This document shows, piece by piece, positions 9,295 through 19,926 of a DNA stretch of 64,000 nt. The stretch comes from Alphaproteobacteria bacterium (GTDB lineage: Bacteria; Pseudomonadota; Alphaproteobacteria; SP197): positions 3,552,001-3,616,000 of the forward strand of contig OZ219747.1 in NCBI GenBank assembly GCA_964291265.2, read 5' to 3'. Every line of letters begins with the position of its first letter. The stretch's first letter is position 1. The notes under the pieces are model-generated. The model made no database searches and had not been told where the DNA came from. It saw only the letters and a program-made list of their open reading frames with translations. Position numbers and translations under genes: made by a program.

Positions 9295-9828
9295 GTGAAA
9301 CACTTCCTGTCCGCCCTGGCACTCTGCGTTCCAGTCATGGCCCATGCCGACCTCGCGGGCGATCCCATGGTCCTGGACGGTGACACCTTGAGTTTCGGTG
9401 AGAAGGAGGTCGATCTCTTCGGCGTGCATGCGCCGACCATCACGCAGACCTGTGGCGAGAGTGGCCGTGTCTGGTCATGCGGCTGGGAAGCGGCCCTCCA
9501 TCTTGAGGAACTCGTCAGCGTCGGAAATGTCGTCTGTGTCGAAATCCCTGACAGCGGTTCGCCGACGCCTCTGGCCCGTTGCACCGCTGATGGAGTCGAT
9601 CTCGCCGGGCAGATGATCGATGCCGGACTGGCGGTGCGCGACGAGACCCTGGGCGATGACTATGCCGAGCGCGAACTGGCGGCCGCAACGCAGGAGCGGG
9701 GAATCTGGGCCGGCCCCTTCATCGACCCCGTCACGTGGGCCGAACGGGCCGGATGCGCCTGCAGTGCCCGCAAGAAGGCGCTGGCGGAGTCCGCCGCCCT
9801 GCTGAAGGACGAAAAAACGGCGGAGTAG
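9295..9828 (+). CDS. Secreted thermonuclease (SNase-like) family protein, catalytic motif divergent
   Basis: Signal peptide, V.DGDTL, LFGVHAP..QTC, WSCG, GLA, RGIWAG.F..P..W. Confidence 0.8.
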   Translation: MKHFLSALALCVPVMAHADLAGDPMVLDGDTLSFGEKEVDLFGVHAPTITQTCGESGRVWSCGWEAALHLEELVSVGNVVCVEIPDSGSPTPLARCTADGVDLAGQMIDAGLAVRDETLGDDYAERELAAATQERGIWAGPFIDPVTWAERAGCACSARKKALAESAALLKDEKTAE

Positions 9829-9861
9829 CGCGATCATTCGCGGATTTCGACCTCCCTGCCG

Positions 9862-11061
<1,200 letters not shown>

Positions 11062-11212
11062 GACAACATCCTTCCCCACCGGACCCCACCATACCCCGCG
11101 AGGGGCGCTGCGCCACCAGGTCCGGCATCCCTGCCTGTTGCCACGACAGCGGGACGCCGTGCATCATGTCCGACGATGTCGATCACAACACCGACTCCAG
11201 GAGTTGAGAGAG

Positions 11213-12125
11213 GTGGATCACGAGTGGCTTCGGGACTGGTTGTTTCATGTTGATGAGTTGACTGCAGCGCAGCGCAAGGCAGTGGCGGCAACGCTTTCGG
11301 AGCGGGCGGAGGGTGTGGACACGCTGGCAGCGATCGAGCCGGGAGTGGGTGGCGAGCGACGTTGCCCGCACTGCGGCGTTGGCGGGGCTGCGTCTCGGGG
11401 CAAGGCGCGCGGTCTGCAGAAGGACCTTCGGCGCGCTCACGGGCACGGCGTTGTCGAGGCTGAACCAAGGGGAGCGCTGGCTGTCCCTCGTCGCTTCGCT
11501 TGCCGAGGGCGAGACGATCAAGGATGCACCGTGCGCTGCGGGATTGCACCGAACACGGCGCATCGCTGGCGCCACCGCTTCCCGACAACAGTCAGGCAGA
11601 CGCCGGAGCGGCTTGCCGGGATCGTCGAGGCAGACGGGGCCTTCGTTCCAGAGAGCCGGGACGCGCAGCGGAAGCTCGACCGCAAGCCGCGCCGGCGTGG
11701 CGGCAAGGCCAGGAAGCGCGGCCTCTCGTGCGAGCAGGTGCCGGTCCCGGTCACCGCTCGCAATCACGGTGTGATCCTCGGCCAGACCCTGACGGGGTTT
11801 AACGCAGACAGCGTGAAAGCGGTGCCGGGACCGGTGCTCGCCCCGGATACCCTGCGGGTCTCCGGCGCCAACCGCTGCTGTCCGCCCGTCGCGGCGGCGC
11901 TCAACATCCCTCACGCAAGCATCAACACCTCTGGCGGCGAGCGAGTCTGGAACACCATGCACGTTCAGACGGTCAACAGCCGCCGTGGCCAGATTGAGGA
12001 CTTCCTGCTCAAGCGGCGCGGCATCGCCACCAAGTACCTCGACAGCCATCTGCGATGGTTCCATCTCATCGAACGCGCCGACCAACCATCGCCAGGACCC
12101 TGTTGCCAACCGTGCCAAACCAGGG
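11213..12125 (+). mobile_element. IS1595-family transposase, degraded
   Basis: CPHC zinc ribbon, TAHRWRHRF, LAGIVEAD, HVQTVNSR, RGIATKYLD..L.WF; frameshifts and substituted catalytic residues. Confidence 0.8.
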
Positions 12126-12163
12126 GCGCCAACTACCACTCCGGTGCCATCAGTGGGTTTCTC

Positions 12164-12295
12164 ATGATCTCCCTTCGCTCCTTGCATGCGTCCGACATAC
12201 ATCTCGCTAGTCCGCTTACAGGTCTGGCAGGCATGGAAGGCATGGCGGAGGATCGCGTTCGCTCTGCGCCGCGGACTGCCTTTGACGCGCTAGTA
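12164..12295 (+). pseudogene. N-terminal fragment of SbcD/Mre11-like DNA repair exonuclease
   Basis: LHASDIHLASPLTGL...R.APR.AFD.LV is metallophosphoesterase motif I only. Confidence 0.6.
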
Positions 12296-12631
12296 CCCCC
12301 CGAGGAGGGCGTGGGCGGTGGAATTCGCTGTCGTTCGATCTCAACCGTCTCAGCAGCAACGCTCGCTTGCGGCGAACCAGCCCGGAAGACCCATCTGTTC
12401 GATCAACCTGTTGTCGACCGTTCGCGGGCGCGCGTGACTGGCCCGTTCACGGTAGAAGCCGTGCCAGCGCCCGTTGCAAAACCCATTGAGGCTGAGATCG
12501 ACGCCAGTTTGTTCGAGGCGTACCGCGGCACAGAGTCTCTCCCATTTGACACAGGCAACCGTGGTCGGGCTGGCGTCACAATTGTGAATAATCGAGTTGT
12601 CGAGAGCTCGACAATTGTGGAGTTGGAGTAG
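12296..12631 (+). pseudogene. C-terminal fragments of a type III R-M modification methyltransferase (Mod)
   Basis: LFDQP..D..RARVTGPFTVEAVPAP is joined directly to AEID..L.EAYRGT.SLPF..G....V.IV..R..ES; the internal part is missing. Confidence 0.65.
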
Positions 12632-13317
12632 TGAGTGAGTGTTCCAGGAAGACGGTCGAGCATGTTGGAGACAGGCTCCTGCTTCCCCATCACTTGACGG
12701 TGTCTTCGGTCGCTATTGCCGATTTTTGCAAGCGCTGGCGTGTCATCAGATTATCGCTGTTCGGCTCGGTGCTGAGCGACGACTTCGGCAGATGGAGTGA
12801 CATAGACGTAATGGTGGAATTCGAGCCTGACGGCGTGCCCGGTATCCGGTTTTTCAGCATGGCGGCAGAGCTGTCAGTGTTGTTTGGCAGGCCTGTTGAT
12901 GTTGTAACCCTGCCTGCAGTTGAACGAAGTCCCAACCATATTCGACGAAGGGCAATTCTAGAGTCGGCCGAGGTCATCTATGCGCATGACGACTCTTACC
13001 TGCTCGACATGCTCGTCGCGGCGCGCAAGGCAATCCATTTCGCGCAAGATCTCGACTTCGCGCGGTTCGCGCAGAGCGATCTGCACCAAAATGCGATCTT
13101 CAAGGCTCTGGAAATTGTCGGTGAAGCCGCGGCCCGCATAAGCGAACAAAAAAACAAGCACACCCTGACATTCCATGGACCGATATGGTGGGACTCAGGA
13201 ACCGGTTTGTACATGTCTATTTCGAGATTGACCTGACCGTGGTCTGGAACATCGTCAGCGACGACGTTCCGTCGTTGATCCGCCAGCTGGAAAAACTTCG
13301 CCACCGGAGGTCGAGTA
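12631..13317 (+). pseudogene. MNT nucleotidyltransferase / HEPN (DUF86) toxin-antitoxin pair, fused and frameshifted
   Basis: MNT: LFGSVL.DDF..SDIDV.VEF. HEPN: YLLDML, LEIVGEAA, then in another frame GLRNRFVH.YF.IDL..VW (RX4H); the shift is near the A-run at about 13148-13154. Confidence 0.8.
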
Positions 13318-13735
13318 GTGAGCAGAACGACGATCGACCGGCTGATCGTCAACTCTCCCTACGAAGAGCCGGCACGGCCCTGGCCCTACGGTCGAGGGTC
13401 AAGGTTTTTGATCTTGCAGAGGGCGCAGATCAGCCGGATATGTCACGGCCTCTCAAGATTCGAGGCGTTCTACGCTCCGGGCACTTTCGTGGAGATACCA
13501 CTGGCCAATCGTATCCGTGCAAGAGTGAAGGATTGGCGGAACGAGGGACATCTCGGTGCTTCGGGCGTGAGCGGTGATTGTTGGAGTGCTGGATTAATCG
13601 AAGAGAATTCGAGAGCAGGCGCTTTTTCTTCTGTCAGCTCGAGGTCGTCGAGACCCTGATCTGACTGACGGATGCAACCGATGCCGAAAAGGCCGGTCTA
13701 GTACCTGATCCACGCGACGACCGCCGTGCGCTAGT
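13318..13735 (+). pseudogene. N-terminal remnant of a type III restriction (Res) subunit
   Basis: IDRLIVNSPYEEP, FVEIPLAN.IR.RV..WR..G..G, and FFCQLE..ETLI in a shifted frame. Confidence 0.65.
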
Positions 13736-13754
13736 CCGAAGTTCCGGACGATTT

Positions 13755-13792
13755 GTCGCGGTAGGGAACCGGGTTATCCCGGTCCCCCCGCA
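13755..13792 (-). ncRNA. Second, different group II intron domain VI plus 3' end
   Basis: Minus strand TGCGGGGGGACCGGGATAACCCGGTTCCCTACCGCGAC directly follows the intron 3' end. Confidence 0.75.
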
Positions 13793-13864
13793 GTCGCGGT
13801 AGGGATGCGCATTGCTGCGCACCCCCCGCACAGATCCGGACTTGGACGTTAATCCATCCGGCTC

Positions 13865-14700
13865 CTACCTCGGGTGCTTGACGGTAAACCGCTGGTCCGG
13901 CCATGGGTGGCGGATGGAGACGCGCGGCCAAAGAAGCTCGGTCATGCGCTCCAGTCGCTTCCAGTCAAAACGGTGGCGCTGGGAGCGGCGGCGGATCGCT
14001 CGCAGCCATAGGCGTTGCAGCCTGTGGCGGAACGTGCGCAGCCATCGGGTCGACCCCGGGACGGCGAAGTAGTTGAACCAGCCATGACAGACCCGCCCAA
14101 GCCACATGCCGACCTCCCATATATCGTGATGCCGTCGATTGCGAAGCACCTCCTCGATGCGCGCCAGGGTCCTTGCGACCCGTTTTGCGACCGGCTTGCG
14201 ACCAAGCCTGAAGCGTCCTCTCCGGGTCTCCGTGCAAAAGTGCGTGAAGCCCAGGAAGTCGAACGTCTCCGGCCTGCCCGTCCCGCGAGATCGCCGGTTC
14301 GCCTTAGCAAACCGGCCAAACTCAACGAGACGGGTCTTGTCCGGGTAAAGGGTGAGACCAAAGCGGTCCAGCCTCTCCCGAACGTCGCGAAGGTATGTCT
14401 CCGCATCCCGCTTGTGCTGGAACCCGACCACAATATCGTCCGCGTAGCGGACAATGATCGCTTCACCGTTCGGAACCTTCGGACGCCATGCCTTGTGAAA
14501 CCACAGATCGAGCACGTAGTGCAGAAACACGTTCGCCAGGCAGGGGCTGACAATGGCCCCCTGCGGTGTCCCCTTGCCCGTATCCGACCAGTCGGTCCCT
14601 TCCATGACGCCAGCGTTCAGCCACTTGATGATCAGCCGGATGACCCGCTTGTCCCCGATCCGTTTCCCGAGCATCGCAACCAGATGGTCGCGGTCGAGCC
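13865..14700 (-). pseudogene. ltrA: Group II intron reverse transcriptase/maturase, 5'-truncated (RT domains 4-7 plus X, no endonuclease)
   Basis: GTPQGAIVSPCLAN.FLHYVLDLWF, VRYADD, PETFDFLGFTH, RRRSQ, HPWP; the N-terminal RT domains are absent. Confidence 0.88.
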
Positions 14701-15912
14701 TTGATCCGGTTCTCCATGTCTCCCCGAGCACAGTACAACTGCTCATAGAGTTCCCGAGCGCCGACCTCCTTCCTGGGGATGGTCGTCACGACATAACGAG
14801 CGTTCTTGCCGCGCGGTCCCGGTAGCCATTCCGCCTTGGCCACCACTCGCCGCTCGCGGGACCATGACTTCTGCGTGCGATACCGCAGATCCCGATACCG
14901 TCTGGATGGCTTGCCGGACACCAGACAACGCCGCCTCGACTTGTTGAGTGCCTTCGTGACCATGCTGTTCAAGCGAGGATTCTGACCATATCCAAAGACA
15001 TAGTCGACACCATGGTCCTCGCACCAGACCATGATGTCGTCCGTGCCGAAGTCACAATCCCCCCGCACCACGATCCGTGTCCGGGGCCACGTGCCGCGGA
15101 TCTGCTCAACGATCCGTGACAGCTCATCCACCGAGCCATCCGCCGCGCCATGGTCGGCCGTCCGCAAACGGCAGCGCAGGATGTGCTCGCCGCAGACGAC
15201 GAAGAGCGGCAGGAAGCAATGGTGGTCGTAATAGCCGTGGAAGTACTTGCCCTCCTGGTCGCCATGCACCGGATCGTCGGTGGCATCAAGATCCAGAACA
15301 ATCTCCTCGGGCGGTGCCGCATGGCTCTCCAGAAACAGGTCCACAAGAAGACGGTCCAGTGCTTCGTGATCGGCCACGATCTTCTTGTAGCGGTCCAGGC
15401 TCGCCTCATTCGGATCGCCGAGTTCCAGGCGGTTCAGCGTGCTCGAGGCCGCCAGCACATGTCCACGGTCCCGCTCGCGAACCCGTCTCGCTCCCTCCAC
15501 ATCGTCGATCCCGCAAGCCAGGGCCAGAGCAGGGTCGTCACGCAGACGGTCATGATCGTTGAGATCCTCGTAACCCGGAGCCAAAGCGATGATGCGCTGC
15601 GCCACCAGTGTCGTCACATCGTGTTCAATGCGACTGGGATCACGATAATCAACAAAAGCGTCAGCAACACGCTCCGTCACGTTGAAAAGCCTGTCTGCTT
15701 CCCGCAACAGAAGCGCACCACCGTCGGAGGTCATGCGGCCACCATCGAAATTGGCCACAATCTGCCGCCGTCCGAGACCTTCAAACTCCAGTTGTTGTGC
15801 TGAACACTGTGTCGCCATGTGGATGGGCTCCTTGGTGCGTGTAACTCATTGGTCTTATTCATATATCACAAACCCCATCCCCATCAATAGGAAACTTGGT
15901 GACAAATCCGGG
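14700..15912 (-). mobile_element. IS1380-family element; transposase starts at 15818, C-terminus and right end deleted
   Basis: FDGGRMTSDGGALLL, GYEDLNDHD.LR.DP, LDLDATDDPVHG.QEG, VRGD, YCARGDMENRIK; left end CCCGGATTTGTCACCAAG next to CTAA/TTAG. Confidence 0.9.
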
Positions 15913-16290
15913 TTAGTTCCTTTCCTCTGCGGCCCCTCCACGACAGAGGGACAATTGAAAGACCTCCCAGGTCCCGGTGGACTGCTTCGGCGCGTGCCAT
16001 GGTTCTCGGACCCCGCGGAGCCCCTGCTCGCCTCACCAACGCGGCACACAGGGTGTTGCCTTCGGCCCATTGGACGACCTCGGCACTCCGGTTTCACAGT
16101 ATCTCGGGCCTCAATAACCCGGCCCACGCCTGCCGCTCGCCAACGCTTCGCCTTACGCCTCACGACGCACGACGCATGGTTCACGGAGAAAGCGGTGGTT
16201 AGCCTCTCTTCGTGCCGGGACTTGCACCCGGCAACATTCCACCAGTTTGCCTGGCGCACCCGAATGGCCTCCGCCACCAGCTGACCTGCC

Positions 16291-16518
16291 TCATCCGGTA
16301 AGACTCCACCGATCAGGCTGACCGGTGGTCTTCGCCTCGCGTGCACCTGCAAAGTGATCGAGTGCGGCGGCAAACTTGTCGCGGCAACCGGGATTGCAGA
16401 AGCCGACGACATCGCCATTGAATTCAATGAGTGAGTCGGCGGCGACCGGATCTCCCGACCAAGGGCAGGTCGCGTTGATGCAGTCGTCGGGCTTGAGCAC
16501 GAAACCAAGGCTCCTCAA
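16291..16518 (-). CDS. Small YHS/TRASH-like metal-binding protein
   Basis: CINATCPWSG.PV..DSL....G.VVGFCNPGCRDKF; overlaps the upstream VOC gene by 4 nt. Confidence 0.7.
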   Translation of the reverse strand: MRSLGFVLKPDDCINATCPWSGDPVAADSLIEFNGDVVGFCNPGCRDKFAAALDHFAGAREAKTTGQPDRWSLTG

Positions 16519-16949
16519 GTGGAGGACCAGGAGAAGTTACCGGATTCGTCCAGTGGTGAGAAGGGATTCCATGCCACTTCCCAGATGTGCCCATCGGGGT
16601 CGCGGAAGTATCCGGAATGGCCGCCCCAGAAGACATCCGCCGCCGCCTTCATGAGCGTGCCTCCTGCCTCGACGGCCTCGTCGAGAACCTCTGCCACTGC
16701 ATCGCGGGACCGCACGTTGAAGGCAAGCACGACGCCACCATTCGCTTCACATGAGAGATCACCGAGCTCCATCTCCTCACGGAACCGGTGACGCGGATAG
16801 AGGGCAAGACCGATCCCGTTGAGAGTGAAGCAGACGATTTCGTTGGCCGCCGTCTCGCTTGCCGCGCGCCAGCCGAGCGCTTCATAGAAGGCCCGCGCCC
16901 TTGCCAGGTTATCAACTGTCAGGGTGATGATGCTGAGTCTCTGTTCCAT
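16515..16949 (-). CDS. VOC (glyoxalase/bleomycin resistance) family protein
   Basis: RLSIITL.V..L.RARAFYEALGW, VFWGGHSGYF.DPDGH.WEVAWNP. Confidence 0.9.
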   Translation of the reverse strand: MEQRLSIITLTVDNLARARAFYEALGWRAASETAANEIVCFTLNGIGLALYPRHRFREEMELGDLSCEANGGVVLAFNVRSRDAVAEVLDEAVEAGGTLMKAAADVFWGGHSGYFRDPDGHIWEVAWNPFSPLDESGNFSWSST

Positions 16950-17184
16950 GGTTCATCTGGCATGCCTGAATCGCAGGGGTTTGCCGTCCCTCCGGTGCAA
17001 TGCTGGGTCTCTCAGAACGACGGTGACCTCAACCATGCGACTCACTGTTGTTTCCGAATCTGTCAGTGCCGTCCAGACAGGACGGGAGTACGGAATCATC
17101 CGAGGCACCGATTGTGCAAGTCCTGCAAGCGTCCGGAGGAAACACCCGCAACGCCATGGATTTGCGGGTCGGCCTCTCCCGTCA

Positions 17185-17600
17185 CGCCATCCGCGACGAC
17201 ATCATCCCCGGCCTGTTCCTGCGCGTCTTCCCCTCCGGCGCGCGCAGCTTCGCCCTCGACCGCATGATGCGCGGGCGCAGGCGTTCCGATACCCTCGGCG
17301 GCGCCGACACGATGACGGTCCCCGAGGCGCGGCGCGAGGCCCGCAGGCTCATCGCCGACACCGCGACCGGGGACGGCGGAGCGACCCGTGGATGCCTTCG
17401 CCAATGGGTTCCTCGGCCGCGCGGCCGGCATTGGAAACCCCGGACCCGAGAGCATGGTGCCGGATCGTCTACAGGTACATCCTGCCCGCTTTCACCCACC
17501 TGACCGTGGACGCCATCACGGTCGAACAGGTTCGGGACTTACTCGCCTCCGTGGCCGGCACGTTCACGTTGCCAACCTGCCGGTGCTGTCCATGATGGCG
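17185..17600 (+). pseudogene. Tyrosine integrase N-terminal (arm-DNA-binding) remnant
   Basis: IRDD..PGL.LRV.PSG.RSF....M.RGRRR..TLG......V.EARREAR; frameshifted, no catalytic domain. Confidence 0.7.
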
Positions 17601-17648
17601 CACGGAACGACGGTTGCAGACGCCACCAAGGCCGGTCATCCAGAAAGG

Positions 17649-19763
17649 TCAGCCCAGAAAGTCGAAATCGGCTGCGGTGATTTGCGACGCCTGGATGCCC
17701 TCCAGCGTGATCGATCCGCTATCGTAGGTGATGACCGTGTCATCACCCGACTGGACAATGGTGAGATCATCGAAACTCATGACTTCACGCCAGTATTCGA
17801 CGACACGGCGGCCGTCCTCCAAGTATCTGGTATAATGTGAGGTCCTGATGTTGATGATGTCCCGGCCGTCCTGAAAGTCGACGATCGTGTCGTTGCCGTT
17901 GTCCCCGTCCCACTGTTCCCCCCTGTGGGGAACAACGGCGCCGACGCTCAGTAAGGTATCCATGTAGTCCACCATGTCGTCGTCGTCGCCCGGGGAAGCA
18001 GCAAAGACAAACCGGTCATTGCCGCCGCCGCCCTTGAGGGTGTCGTCGCCGGCAGCGCCGAACAGCCGATCGTCGCCGTCGCCGCCCTTGAGGGTGTCGT
18101 CACCAGCATTACCGTAGAGGTAGTCGACACCCCTTCCGCTTTCGAGGATGTCGTCACCGGCCCCGCCACGGAGGTGGTCGTTGCCAGCGCCGCCGTAAAG
18201 CGTGTCGTCGCCGTTTTCGCCATAAAGGTAGTCGACGCCGTCGCCGCCGTCGAGGTAGTCGTCGCCGTCTCCGCCATAGAGGACGTCGGTGCCATCCTCG
18301 TTGTCGCCGCCATAAAGCGTGTCGTTGCCGTCACCGCCATAGAGGTCATCCTTGCCGGCGCCACCGTAAAGCGTGTCGCCACCGCCGCCGCCGGTGAGGA
18401 TGTCGTCGCCGGCTCTGCCATGGAGGCGATCGTCGCCGTCGCCACCGGTCAGTGTGTCGTCGCCGTCACCGCCGGTCAGCGTGATGCCGCTGCCGGTCCC
18501 CACCAGGAGGAAGTCGTCTGCACCGAGGGAACCCGCCCACACGCCCGACAGGGTGATGGTGTCGCCGTCGTCGCCGTAGCGAATGATGGTATCGGTGCCG
18601 TCCTGCTCGATGACCAGCACCGCAAACTCGCCGGATACGCCATCCAGGCGAATCCTGTCGCCACCCCCGAAGTCGGTAATCGTGTCATCGCCGTCGCCGA
18701 CCGCGAACACGAAGAGGTCGCTGCCCTTGCCGCCGGCCAGCGTGTCGTCGCCGGCACCGCCGGTCAGCGTGTCGGCGCCCCTGGCGCCACGCAGGGTGTC
18801 GTCGCCAGCCTCGCCCATCAGCGTGTCATTGCCCTTGCCGCCCCCCAGGGTGTCGTCGCCAGCCCCGCCGATCAGTGTGTCGGCGCCCAGGCCGCCATAG
18901 AGAAGGTCGTCGCCGGCTCCACCGGTCAGCGTGTCGGCGCCCCCGTAGCCGCGCAGGGTGTCGTCGCCATCACCACCGGTCAGTGTGTCCGCGTCCTTGC
19001 CGCCCTTCAGCACCTCGCCGCCAGCAGGCCCGCCGCTCGAGGCGTCGCCGGACGTGCCCTGCGGCGGCGCACCCTGTGCAAGAGCGTCTGGCGAGACAGC
19101 CTCCTCGCCGCCAGTCTCCGGCGGAACCGTCTCGACGGGAAGGAACCGGAAGTCGTCCGCGCCCAGGGAGGCCGCCGTCACGCCCTCCAGCTTGATCGTG
19201 TCGCCGTCGCCGTAGCGGATGACGGTATGGAAGCCCTGCTGCTCGATCACAAGATCCCCGAAGCCGCCGGACACGCCGGCGATCTCGATGATGTCTCCAG
19301 CCTCGAAATCGCCGATGTAATCAGCCCCGTCGCCGACCGCGAACGCAAAGGTGTCATGGCCACTGCCGCCATAGAGCGAGTCCGTGCCCCGGCCCCCGGT
19401 CAGCCTGTCGACGCCCCGGCCGCCGAACAGGCGGTCGTTGCCCGCACCGCCATCGAGAGTGTCGTCCCCGTCGCCGCCATAGAGCGTGTCATCGCCCGCG
19501 CCGCCATCCAGCGTGTCATGGCCCGCGCCTCCGTCCAGCGTGTCGTTCCCCGCGCCGCCGTCCAGCGTGTCATCGTCCGAACTGCCGGGGTTCATGTCGA
19601 GAAAGTCCGCGTCGGCGCCCGGGCTTGCGGTTCCGCCCGTCAGCGTGTCGTCCCCGGCGCCGCCGGTGAGGATATCGTCGCCGAGGCCGCCGGTCAGCGT
19701 ATCGTCGCCGATACCACCCGTCAGGGTGTCGTTGTCAGCGCCGCCGATTCGCTCGATAGCCAT
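17649..19763 (-). CDS. RTX (hemolysin-type) calcium-binding repeat protein, likely type I secreted
   Basis: Dozens of GGxGxDxLx nonapeptides; three modules ending F.F..GDG.D.I.DF...; C-terminal DFDF; ATG 19763 follows GGAGGG. Confidence 0.9.
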   Translation of the reverse strand: MAIERIGGADNDTLTGGIGDDTLTGGLGDDILTGGAGDDTLTGGTASPGADADFLDMNPGSSDDDTLDGGAGNDTLDGGAGHDTLDGGAGDDTLYGGDGDDTLDGGAGNDRLFGGRGVDRLTGGRGTDSLYGGSGHDTFAFAVGDGADYIGDFEAGDIIEIAGVSGGFGDLVIEQQGFHTVIRYGDGDTIKLEGVTAASLGADDFRFLPVETVPPETGGEEAVSPDALAQGAPPQGTSGDASSGGPAGGEVLKGGKDADTLTGGDGDDTLRGYGGADTLTGGAGDDLLYGGLGADTLIGGAGDDTLGGGKGNDTLMGEAGDDTLRGARGADTLTGGAGDDTLAGGKGSDLFVFAVGDGDDTITDFGGGDRIRLDGVSGEFAVLVIEQDGTDTIIRYGDDGDTITLSGVWAGSLGADDFLLVGTGSGITLTGGDGDDTLTGGDGDDRLHGRAGDDILTGGGGGDTLYGGAGKDDLYGGDGNDTLYGGDNEDGTDVLYGGDGDDYLDGGDGVDYLYGENGDDTLYGGAGNDHLRGGAGDDILESGRGVDYLYGNAGDDTLKGGDGDDRLFGAAGDDTLKGGGGNDRFVFAASPGDDDDMVDYMDTLLSVGAVVPHRGEQWDGDNGNDTIVDFQDGRDIINIRTSHYTRYLEDGRRVVEYWREVMSFDDLTIVQSGDDTVITYDSGSITLEGIQASQITAADFDFLG

Positions 19764-19795
19764 GATAGATCCCTCCAGATTCTGTTCGGAGCCAG

Positions 19796-19829
19796 ATTTT
19801 ACTCCCCCCCCCCCCCCAAAGCAAGTCAA
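19796..19829 (-). promoter_or_regulatory. Sigma70-like promoter of the RTX gene with a G14 tract in the spacer
   Basis: Minus strand TTGACTTGCTTT-G14-AG-TAAAAT, ending 32 nt before the ATG. Confidence 0.65.
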
Positions 19830-19926
19830 GCAGTTTGCGCTCCAGGGCAGGTTTGACCCGAACGCCGTCAGGAAAACGATCCATGATCAGCAGGGTTGCG
19901 CAGTTATCCGGGAGGAAAGTCGGTGT

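Larger units (their letters stand above)
13793..16259 (-). mobile_element. Group II intron (probably bacterial class E), interrupted by IS1380 and internally deleted
   Basis: 5' GTGCGCCAG at 16259; domain I-like sequence 15915-16259; DV GAGCCGGATGGATTAACGTCCAAGTCCGGATC (13833-13864); DVI ending CCCTACCGCGAC. Confidence 0.9.

Noticed and set aside
13865-14746. RT as a retron, DGR or defence-associated RT
   Set aside because: It has group II maturase motifs, is directly followed by DV/DVI, and has a GTGCG 5' end upstream; no TR/VR pair or msr-msd was seen
17950-19750. Periodic 27-bp-like repeats as a CRISPR or non-coding array
   Set aside because: They are codons of RTX nonapeptides; there are no unique spacers and no cas genes
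18174-19856. 560-aa plus-strand ORF and other long antisense ORFs (575-2035, 6582-7724, 46574-48682, 56436-57719)
   Set aside because: These are shadow frames opposite well-supported genes in high-GC DNA
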